The notes under the pieces were generated by a model. It was not told the origin of the DNA. It saw only the letters and a program-made list of their open reading frames with translations, and did not search any database. Positions 10,560 to 20,000 of a stretch of DNA of 20,000 bases are shown piece by piece. The DNA is from Perkinsus olseni (lineage: Eukaryota), in contig JABANN010000068.1 of assembly GCA_013115125.1 (NCBI GenBank), forward strand, positions 61,644-81,643, given 5' to 3'. Both the position numbers and the translations under genes were made by a program. Position 1 is the stretch's first letter. Each line of letters begins with the position of its first letter.

Positions 10560-11261
10560 CTAGAAACAGCACCAACAGTCGAAAGGACAGTCCGGAGTAT
10601 CTGATAGAAAAACAGGAAAATCTGAGTATGAGAGATCCAGCCGTGAAGTCGAGTTCCTAATAATGATTCCTCCACCGACGGATAACTATTAGCTGAATTA
10701 GGGGCACGAACTACATATGCAGCCACAGTACAGAGGTCGACTCTAGTAACCCGCAGAAAAAAAGATACGCCGAGATTCCTTCCCTTATTATTACTTCCCC
10801 CCTGTCCTATCTTCAGCTCTTCCTCAGTATATATTTTATACCCTTCCTCGGTCCGCTTTCGGTCGCCTCCCGACCGGTTGCCGAGTCCGAGTGGATCGTC
10901 CGCTGAGCCCTGGGGTCGGGAGGGGGCGGCAGGCTGCTGCTCCTTGGGGGTATCTTTGGTCTTTGCGGAGGTCGAGGTCGACCTCGTGGATTTCTTTAAT
11001 GCTCCGAAGATATCATCGATCGACTCGGAAGAGGACTCGCGCTTCTTGGTATCTGAGGTTGACCCGTGAAAGATACGAAACAGGTCAACAACTATGCCAC
11101 CAAGTATTACCTTCCTTATGCACGGATGCGGCTTTCTTGCCGTTTTTCCGAATATCCTTCGTCTTGATCTCCTTCCCTAAAAAAATCTCCCTCGCAGGGA
11201 TCGAACCCACTGCCTCCTCACCCTTCGGTTTGGCAGTAGCCTTCGCTGCAGTCGCCGCCAT
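10560..11261 (-). CDS. DUF1764 family protein (3 exons: 11261-11111, 11052-10795, 10600-10560; 149 aa)
   Basis: Spliced translation contains SIDDIFGALKK and ends RKRTEEGYKIYTEEELKIGQGG|NTPDCPFDCWCCF*, the hallmark DUF1764 C-terminus. Exon phases are consistent (450 nt). Confidence 0.9.
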
Positions 11262-11368
11262 AGGAAGAATCCAATCTCCAACCTTGCAAGATACAAAATA
11301 ACTCAACCTCCATGCCATTACACTTCAACACAACACCCACTATCCCGAAACTACTATCTCGTGAACAC

Positions 11369-14300
11369 TCACATCAACTTCTGCTGCATCCACGCCGGCA
11401 ACCACTGGTCGTTCGGATTCCCTCCTTCCCGGTCCATCTTATTCACGTCAATCGGGACGCCCCAGACGCGACAGTACATCGACAGCCCCTTCCCGCACGC
11501 TCGACTGACCCTCGTCCACCACTCGGTCGGGTCCGGCTCCTCATCATAAGTACCATCTTTTTCATAACTCCTCAATACATTCCTCAGCAGATCCCAACCG
11601 AAGGTCTCGATGACATCAACATACATCGTCAGACCCACCCAGGGACTCCAATCGTCCAAGGCGTCAGTAATGGGCGAACGATTATGCGCGGCGGAATAAA
11701 TCGCCCGGCCTCCTCCTTCCGAGCGTATCCTCTCCGTTATGAACTTCTCAGCATCCTCATGCCCCTCCCGGACGTTTTCCATATCCCTAGTCGGAATTTT
11801 TCGCCCAATTATCGTCATCATGCTGTACATACTGAACAGATTCACCGTCACTTCGCCACAGGATTTGTACGTCCACCTTCTCCGCTGGAAATGATGGCCG
11901 AGCTCGTGGAACAACCCCCAATCCCCTTCCAATAGGAGCTTACCAGGGCGATGCGCACCGCGAAGATTCCCTCCATCGCCCCAGACGGCACAGGAATCTT
12001 CCGCCGTAGAATTTTCATGTGCCATGATCGGATAGCCGCTGTGCATCCAACCTGCCGAAATTTCGACGTCAAAAACAAAACGGAATCTTTCTTCCCCGCA
12101 GACCGGCCGACAGGCGATATCGCAGTGGCTTCGAATCACCCTGTCCCAGAAATCTGTGACCGTGTCGGCCCAACCGTCCTCTCCGTCGGCTAAGGCGTGG
12201 GGAAGTAAAAGTCGAGTAGGGAGGGATAAAATAACATGCTTGGCTTGGACCTCTCCCCATGGAGGGTACGCATCTTGCGCACGCGGAAGATTTCTAAGAT
12301 TCCCTACTGGATGCCCGCCGAGCATCCAATGACCGTTAGACCACCACAGCGACGGCACCCCACCTTGCACGCGTGCACATGCCATCAAAATAGAATCAAC
12401 GTTGAGGTTGACTCCGCCGCCGGTAGCCTTGCCCGGCTCAACACCATTCTCGCGTATCCTTTCAAGATACACTAGACCTCCAAAAACTGATACCAGCTCG
12501 ACCTCAAGATTCCTTCCCGAAAGAATATCTTTGCTCACAGCAGAGATTCTGGGCCATCGGCGCCAACTATCATGCTTGGTGTTGTCGTCTTTATGACAGC
12601 CAATCCGAACGCGGAAACCAAAGTCATCGGGAAGAGCATCAGCCATGGAGACGGGGCGACCTTCACCCTTCGACGCTTCCTGCGAACTGCCAGCTTCAAC
12701 CAAAGATTCCAACCTCACCCTGATAGCCTGGCCCGGCCTAGCATAGACACCAGTACTAATCCACGGGTCAAAGCTCCTTCCTGTGACCGAGGAGTGCGGC
12801 GTATTTTTAGTAATGGCTTCGAATCGAACCTCGACCTCCTCGTCGGTGGCACCCTCCGACCTGCTCAGCGCATCTTGCGCCACCGCTGGACAGACCCCAG
12901 GGAAATCTTTTCCCGCGAGGTCGAGCACGTCGTTCATACTGACGTCGCCAGGAATCCTTTGCGGTGCGAACTCCAAGAATGTGGCCACTAGCTGCATCAG
13001 ATTGGTCTTCTTCACACCATCACCGTTCCTCCACCTTCCCGTGGCAGCCTCGGTTAACAACTGGCGTATCTTGGAGGTATCTTCCGAGCTCAAGTGCAAC
13101 CTCTTGTTCACAGCTTGCAGTACAATATCGCCCATCCTGGTCGACTTGCCAGGCACCACGCAAACCTTCATCAACGGAATTAAGGTATGGAAGGAATCTT
13201 TGCTCACTTCGCTAAGCAAGGTCAACCTCCGGTCACTCGTCAGAGGTCGCTGCCCCGGAAGATACTCTGATTCGAAACATATCCCAGCTTGGAGAGCGAC
13301 TTCTTGCATCGGATGTTCGGCGATGGTGTGGCCTCTATTGAGACACTCCCAACCCCATCCGTTAATACCGATCAGCAGACCAACACCTTCCTCTCGTACG
13401 AGAGAAAGAAGCCTATTGGCCTCCTGGGGAGTCGCCGGGTTACTAAGCGAAAGGTCGTTGGTTCGAAACGAGACCACGTCATAATCGTTTCTAGACATAA
13501 CAATATTGTGGTCCTCGTAGAAGCGTACCAGCGTGGCCCTCCTCGACCTGGCCACCCAGCGACGAGCTCTCTGCATCACGCCAGCTGCGACCTTAGATTC
13601 CTCATCCGTAGGGGCATTATCATAAGCTAAGGGTATGTACCTGCCGAGGAAGTCGAAAATTTCCGAGATTACACCGAGTATTTTTTCTAATCGAAAAACC
13701 CATTTTCATTGCTACTATTTTCTCTTTCTCCTTTCTCCTCAAAAAACAAATTGAAGAGAATAAAGACAATAAACAAAATAGCGAAGAAAGAAAATTCGCC
13801 TAGAGAATTTCTAGAACGCCATTGTGTACACACGCGATATGAAATCATACATGCCCATCTACCGACGTATCTTAGGTCGACCCGTGGCTTTGATATAGCC
13901 GAAGATATTCCAATACTATGCCGTCGTAACGGATACATGGCGAGGCGTTCCAACTTGTGAGAACGAGTGAGTAAGTATGTTGATAGAAAATGTGAAGAAC
14001 AAAAAGGGTATCTTTGATGAGCGTGGGATGCAAGGTTCGACCTCCATATTACCCTTCATGCCCGACAGCAACAATGCGTCCTTTGCCGAGGGTAGCACAG
14101 GCGAGGAGACACTGGGGCTCCGGTCCGGGGGTGGCGATGATAGATCGTGACGTATCCGAGAACACCGATAGCTGAATCATAGGTCGATCCATGACTTTCA
14201 CGGAGAGGAAAGATACTTACTGTTGATGGAGTGCCTATCACTTGGAACTTGCTCATATTAAGATGGTCTGTTATCTCGTCGAGAGCGGCATCCAGCGGAC

Positions 14301-14418
14301 TCGACTGCTGTTGCTGTTTGCCGTGGTGCTGCTGCCCCTCGCCGGAGTCCACCGTAGTAACATGAATTGAATTGGCGTAGCCGCCGGTGGGCATCTGGTT
14401 GAACGGATCGAATGACAT
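11369..14418 (-). CDS. TCAF/FAM115-like protein with peptidase M60 (enhancin-like) domain (exons 14418-14221, 14171-14053, 13640-11369; ~862 aa)
   Basis: N-terminal GKGRIVAVGHEG|YI (TCAF-type), WISTGVYARPG, RIGCHKD, FGGLVY, DVEISAGWMHSGYPIM, and the zincin motif WGLFHELGHHFQ..WT...GEVTVNLFS. Spliced CDS is 2589 nt, in frame. Confidence 0.9.
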
Positions 14419-15179
14419 TTCTATGAAAATAAATTAACTGATTATGAGCGAGCGCGGTTCATGCATTCCTAGGAAGAGAAAATATCCTGTTCAACCTGGG
14501 ACTCAAGAGGCGATTTTGAAGTAGACTCTTACGACACGAAAGATGCTAAAGCAAAAGACTAAAAGAAAGAAAAATCAAAGACACCAAAGATTTCCACTAA
14601 TATAAAAATAAGCTTCCCGTGAACGCTCCTCGTTACGCAAACACCAAAATGACCTCCGAGGAGCTGAGACGATCAGTGAAAAGTCAAACGCCCGCCAGGC
14701 GTACATCCCTAGCACAGCGAGGGTTTGCTGCTCAACCTTCCCACTGAGGTTGAGCAGTGCAGGGCGAGAGTGGCTTCCAGTTCTCGTTTTCTTGCGCACT
14801 TCTAGCGCTGTGAAAGTGAGCTGAAGATCATAAGCGACTGGGTATTCCTCGAGGGGAGATCCAAGAGGAGTACTGACTCAGCAACGCCGAAGCAATATGG
14901 GTGATGTTAAACGCCAAAAGCATTCTGGCAAATCCATGCCCAGCCTTCCGACTGGACTCTAGTCACTAGAGTATCCCCAGCATTAACGCGACTAGCGTTC
15001 TTATTTGTTGAAACGTAAGTAAGTCGGGTAATAGCCAAAGCAACTACTGTAGTCATCGCATTCACATTGGATCACATAGGAATCTTCCAGCCGTTTCATA
15101 ACCGAGAAGAATCTTCATAATGGCGCGCCCCAAATCGATCGTAACCTTCCTGCGCAGACCTACGATACTCAATTGACAA

Positions 15180-15413
15180 ATGCCTGCCATTAAAAAAAGT
15201 GACACCCCCCGTCCGGGGGCAAAGGCTGCCGGGGAAGTGGACTTCCCATACCTCGGCACTGACGGTGCTCGCCCCGTCAAAAAACAAAGAAACGGCCAGC
15301 CCGTTGGTTGGCTGCCTCCTTTCCCTCCTTGGGGGGAGTGGGAGTTCACTATCCTTCACCGACGCCGAATATGCGGCTCGGTGAAGAAGAAGCTCGACTT
15401 CTCAGATTGCTGA
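15180..15413 (+). CDS. 77-aa micro-protein of unknown function, left copy of the inverted pair
   Basis: ATG-initiated; 60/77 residues identical to the right copy. Many third-position synonymous differences and one in-frame 6-nt indel. Confidence 0.65.
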   Translation: MPAIKKSDTPRPGAKAAGEVDFPYLGTDGARPVKKQRNGQPVGWLPPFPPWGEWEFTILHRRRICGSVKKKLDFSDC

Positions 15414-15670
15414 GAAAGTCGCTGCTTGAAAAATAACAAAAAACAATAAAAAACTTATGGGGACCGAATCAACTCCACCTCCCCGCGGAGGTGGAACCAC
15501 TTCCATAAGTGGTTCCATAACCAGCGCTGTGATGTTTAACAGAGCTCCGTTAGCAAAGCGTTCTCAGCGAGTGAGAGCCGCTTCCCCAGGGACCACCGCG
15601 GGGAGGTGGAGTTGACTCGGTCCCCATAAGTTTTTTATTGTTTTTTGTTATTTTTCAAGCATCGACTTTC

Positions 15671-15910
15671 TCAGCAATCTGAGAAGTCGAGCTTCTTCTT
15701 CACCGAGCCGCACATTCGGCGTCGGTGAAGGGTGGCGAACTCCAATTCCCCCCAAGGAGGGAAAGGAGGCAACCAGCCTTGCGGCAGGCCATTTCGCTGC
15801 CTTTTGTCAGGGCGAACCCCGTCAAAGCCGAGGTATGGGAAATCCACTTCCTCGGAAGGCTTAACCCCGCAGGCCGGGCGGGGAGTATCTTTTTTCTTTA
15901 TAACGATCAT
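15671..15910 (-). CDS. 79-aa micro-protein of unknown function, right copy of the inverted pair
   Basis: ATG-initiated paralogue ending in the same ..GSVKKKLDFSDC*. Its stop codon mirrors the left copy exactly. Confidence 0.65.
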   Translation of the reverse strand: MIVIKKKDTPRPACGVKPSEEVDFPYLGFDGVRPDKRQRNGLPQGWLPPFPPWGELEFATLHRRRMCGSVKKKLDFSDC

Positions 15911-16065
15911 CGTTATTTAATCTTGAGCCGGCGCACCTTGGGGACTTCGATCGATTTGTGGCGCGCTCCGAGAAAGATTCCTCGGGATATGAAACGGCTG
16001 ATGGCGCGCCGATCTTCCTCGGAAAGAATCGGTAGCGGTGGTTCCCCATCACTATAGAGAAGCTC

Positions 16066-18470
16066 TATTTTGAAGTCACTCTAGTTATGTAGCGTTTCAG
16101 GAGGGTGCCGCCGAGGGACTTGTCGTAATAGACATTTGCTGTTTCGGTTTGCGTTGCGTAACAGTGGGGAAAGGCCGCGCTCAAATGTATTGATCCGTGC
16201 TTCTCCGTGGAAGGCTTCCGTGATAGCGAACGCTGAGCGATTCAGCACGACCACTCAACGGCTGAGAGAATAGTCGTTTACGGTTCGCTTGTGGTTCGTA
16301 TGACCTACCATGCCAGACATGTATAGTTCTGCTTCCATCCGAAAATGAGAGGATGAATTTTGGAATCTTCCCACGTGAATATCGGCCGCTGTGTTGCGTT
16401 GATCGCCATTAGCCGTGAGATTGACGTTCCCGGCCGGACCAACAAGCGGCATGTCCAAGCGTACATCACCACCTGTGTGCTTGAGGCTTCACGGGCTTAC
16501 CCTTTCGTGCTTCCTCGGATGATTCCCCAGCCCAGTGTAGCAAACTACGTTCCCATAGAGATCTTTTCTATTAAGTAGCGTTTGCACTACTACCGCGCGA
16601 CCCTTCGGCAAGTAGTGCCTGGCTGGCTATTCATTCGAGTTGTGCTCCTAGGGGAGAACGCAAGCCTTGAACTGGTAGATTGTATCGGCCTGGGCGCTTT
16701 TCTGAACAAGCTGATGGACTGTGTTTACACTGAATTGTTTAGTGTTACTTTACCGTCATGATACCTACAACGCGAGCTCCCGCACGCCGTATCTTTCCAC
16801 CTCTGAGGTTGAAGCTGGTTAGATACAACACAACTGTCCCTGCGGCGGATGAGGTGAGTGAGAATCTTGCCAAATTGTTCAAATCTCAGACCATCTTGTT
16901 GATAGTTCTTTTGTGTCCGACTGAAAGAGTGAAACAACTAAATTAGAATATCGGTCTTTCTCAGCCGGGAATTTCAATTTACGTAACTTTCCCACCATAA
17001 TAGCTCCATAGCATTCAAACGGGAATTAGTGTGCTGAACCTCTCCCTGTACTTTTTTGTGAGTCTCTTCGCCCACCTGCCGTTACACAGGTTGTAACAGA
17101 GCAAGAGCGATGGGAGTTACATTCGTCCAAGTCGTGGATGGAGTCCCCCATAGCACTCACGAAGTTGGTATGGCGAACCTCCATGAGGGGAGTTCGAGAT
17201 GAGCGCCTATGGGCCAAGCTAAGTACGTAGAGTTGTGGCGAATCTTCCAACTGCGCTCATGATCGGTAGTATTGATGATGGTTGAGAATATTCTTTCTGG
17301 CGAGTTCGAAGATTCCTGTCCGTCTGCGAGGAAGTTCGTCTCAGAGAAATGCTGGATGTTTTGTTTTTTTTCAGAGGTATGGTAGCCCTTTATTGGGACA
17401 TATATATGGTCAGCAAAAGAATTTTATAGAATGGTTGTTCTCAACTGAATTGGGCGAATTTTTCCGAGCGAGAATCGACACGGGTGTTGGGTCATGGATT
17501 TCATCTTAGTACAGAGCAGGACAACAGCCCGCCAACAGCCAGTTCAAAAATATGGATTTGATTCAAAACTTGCGAAGCTCGTTGGAGGGTTCCGCGGTGG
17601 GAAAAATCCTCTTATGGTCGCAATTGTAGTCCTTCCAATCGTCATATAATCGTCATTAATTTTTCCTTCCTGATTGTTTCCTGCGTGTAATTATAATTTT
17701 ATGTCAGGTAAACGTGCTGTGTTAATGTCGGTTCACATGGGTCATCGGGAGCTCACCACGTGTCTTTTGGGATTCGCAAAGATACGCTACAGAGACCCCA
17801 AGGTCACCAGCTGCCGCTTCCTCGAAGAATTCTAATTGCACCGTTTTTTCAGTTACTACAGTCGATCAGTCCGGCCATATTGAAAAATATATCGGAATTT
17901 GATACGTTGGAATTGGCGCTCCTTCTCGGTGCGTATCGACGACTGGAGTATCGCCGAATCGACCAGATAGAGCTGCTCACGAATGAGGTAATAATGATGA
18001 TGAGGAGGAGGAGGGCGTAATAATAGGACTGACCCTGAGGCTTACATCGATGTGTTGTCGTTATTGCTGGTCCAGCCAGCAGAAAGGCATACATCGCACT
18101 TTTCCGACGGTATACTCTTCTAATGTCCACACAGGGAAGCTCGGTTTCTGTATTAGAATGGATCATAATAGTGTGCAGAGACTCCTGTCTCTAGGTTGTT
18201 GAAAGTAGTCGATAATTAGTTTCCTTCGCGTGGCGAGTTGTCGATGGCGAATTTACATGATAGTGGAGCATTACACTGGGAGAGCGACTCGCAACCTTCT
18301 CCGAGTGCGTTTTGGTCGGCCGTTCAATTCCCTTTCTATAATATCAACATGCATAGCGTCGTTCCCGTGGCATTCGGAAGTGGATTTGCGGATGCTGGAC
18401 ATCATACTCCTGTGTCATCTTATCGACGTCGCGTTTCTGATGTCTGCCCGGGATTTTTAGGAATGATTTT
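16066..18470 (-). pseudogene. Possible degenerate or lineage-specific multi-exon gene
   Basis: Several exon-sized open segments with AG/GT borders (e.g. ~16235-16066, ~16482-16310, ~16620-16501, ~18148-18047). In-frame stops and phase conflicts prevent a clean model; no family recognised. Confidence 0.25.
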
Positions 18471-18878
18471 ATGTTGTTATGCACCTATCACGTGGTCTCA
18501 TCTCATCGGTGGCATCATTCGAAACAGATGGTGGACACAGGACGAGGAGGCGCTACTGCGCCACGAATTTCCTCTCTTTCAGTTGTGTCTGCCGGATCGG
18601 ATACCCACATGGACCTCTTTAATAATCGCCCTATCATGTAATGCAGCGGGGGTATTCGGCATCTATCATGCTCCATTTTGGAACGCCGTCGGGAGGGAAA
18701 TTGAAAGAGCGACGGTAATAACGGGAAGGCACTTTCGCCAGTCTGCGCTGGGTTTGAGTGAACTGTTCACCACCACCGCTGCTGCTGCTGTGGACTCGTC
18801 ACCGACATCAATTCACTTTAGGCTTAGGTTAAAATACTCAGCGCCAAAGATCCTGATCTACACCATTTCCAGACCTAC

Positions 18879-19010
18879 TTAGTAAAACCCCAGAGCAATT
18901 TAATAAAGCCCAGCCCAAATTAGTAAAACCCCAAAGCAATTTAATAAAGCCCAGACCAAATTAGTAAAACCCCAAAGCAATTTAATTTCGTGAAAGACCA
19001 ATTTAGTAGA
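18879..19010. repeat. 41-bp tandem repeat (about 3 copies, built of two related 20-21-bp subunits), probably subterminal repeats of the adjacent transposon
   Basis: TTAGTAAAACCCCA(G/A)AGCAAT-TTAATAAAGCCCAG(C/A)CCAAA starts at 18879 and 18920, with a diverging copy at 18961 and a remnant at 19003. It lies ~100 bp beyond the transposase stop. Confidence 0.9.
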
Positions 19011-19110
19011 GCTCAACAAAGCCACCAACAAAGATGGAAACACTGACAATCGTCGGCCTACATGGAGTAAGCCCACGATATGCTACAGAATGTAGGTTAG
19101 GCATGCTAAA

Positions 19111-20000
19111 TCAGACTCCAACTTGCATGTCTTCCATAGCTAAGCAACGAGGGTATAATGTTTGGACGTGATTGAAGCATCGTATACACAGCTGCATAGT
19201 AATCGCTTCAACACCTTTTCGGAGCAGCATCTCACAGTACTGCAGGCGGTATTCTGATTTCGTTCTACCGGCTCTTCCATTGTCCCATTCCTCGCGGAGG
19301 AGAAGCTGCTTCGTCAACGCGTTTTCTCTCTTCATCGCTTGTTTCGCAGCCGAGAAACAGTCTTCTATAGGGTTTATGCTAAAAGAGTAGGGTGACAAGC
19401 GCAAGAGTCGGGTACCTGATAGAAGCTCATAGACAAGCGACGGCCTTGCGATTACATACCTCTGCCATTGAATACAGCTTCTAACCCGGAGTGGGCCGGT
19501 GCGTTGTCACCGACGAACACCAGAGTCGTCAAATCATGACCCGCCTCCTGCATGCTGTCCAGCATCTCCCCAACAATTTCCGCGCAGACACCCTTGGTGA
19601 TGCTACCTCTTTGGATCTTGTGGTATCCCAAACCGGTCTGGGTAATGCAGCAAAAGCAGTGGATATTGGGTCCTTTGCTGGACCCCTCCTTCAGAACAGC
19701 TCGCGAACCCTTTATCGACCTAGCAACTCCTCGCTTTACAAACAAATTCACATTCGTCTCATCGAAGTATACCAATCTCTCACATGGTATGGCCGAAACT
19801 GCCTGCACAAATTCCCGGCGTTTTTGGCGATTAATCAAATTATTGACCGCTTCACCCTCAATGTGTGGACGCTTGACAGTATAGGCCCTGGAATCCAGAT
19901 GGTTCTTCACAGTTTGAGCACAGACGTCGATTCTCTTCTCGCGCCACAAGTGATCAGCCATCATCTGCAAGGTGGCCTGGGGGTTAGCCTCCACGAAGGA
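19111..20000 (-). mobile_element. IS630/Tc1/mariner (DDE_3) transposase, 5' part outside the window, one 44-bp intron (19459-19416)
   Basis: HTH-like ANPQATLQMMADHL..TVKNHL and catalytic YFDET, VGDNAPAH, RLSPYSFSINPIE. Two ORFs are joined in frame by a GTATGT..ATCAG intron. Confidence 0.92.

Larger units (their letters stand above)
15088..16000. repeat. Large imperfect inverted repeat (arms ~15088-15492 and 15592-16000, 99-nt spacer)
   Basis: 15353-15492 versus the reverse complement of 15592-15731 shows 4 mismatches in 140 nt. Recognisable but weaker similarity continues outward to CAGCCGTTTCATA at both ends. Confidence 0.95.

Noticed and set aside
11312-13630. Long plus-strand ORFs (11312-11935, 12572-12991, 12783-13484, 13289-13630)
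   Set aside because: They are antisense shadows of the M60 peptidase exon and have no recognisable motifs.
15400-15600. Hammerhead ribozyme / Penelope pLTR, or a canonical Helitron end
   Set aside because: No CTGANGA..GAAA core in a proper stem context, and no CTRR at the expected distance after the hairpin.
15096-16057. Antisense ORFs 15096-15359(-) and 15725-16057(+) as the real genes of the palindrome
   Set aside because: They start at GTG and their C-termini do not match. Substitutions are synonymous in the opposite, ATG-initiated frames.
18238-18882. 214-aa plus-strand ORF
   Set aside because: Non-ATG start, no recognisable domain and no supporting splice structure.
18879-19010. CRISPR array or telomeric (AAAACCCC) repeat
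   Set aside because: The 'spacers' are themselves repeated, there are no cas genes, and the context is eukaryotic. AAAACCCC occurs only once per unit.
1-20000. Prokaryotic operon or defence-system interpretation
   Set aside because: Conserved domains are split by spliceosomal introns, and the gene set (Yip1, WW, CCDC97, DUF1764) is eukaryotic.

Overview
Gene-dense eukaryotic DNA with many short GT-AG introns and at least one GC-AG intron. The style suggests an alveolate such as Perkinsus, but that is inference, not a search result. Splicing exons by hand gave these genes: an intronless three-repeat, probably secreted protein (41/19-1200, +) and a TauE/SafE membrane protein (1775-3646, +). 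Five co-oriented minus-strand genes follow, only ~100-130 bp apart: TCAF/M60 peptidase, DUF1764, WW exon plus Yip1, CCDC97-like and acylphosphatase. Mobile DNA comprises a 257-bp hAT-type MITE with a perfect 8-bp TSD and an intron-containing Tc1/IS630 transposase with a 41-bp repeat array beyond its 3' end. The most unusual feature is a ~0.9-kb imperfect palindrome (15088-16000) holding two convergent paralogous micro-ORFs (77 and 79 aa) under apparent purifying selection, with near-identical hairpin-rich 3' ends. Also unusual are four recurrent short motifs found in introns, spacers and coding exons, one of them a tRNA-like B-box followed ~11 nt later by a T-run.
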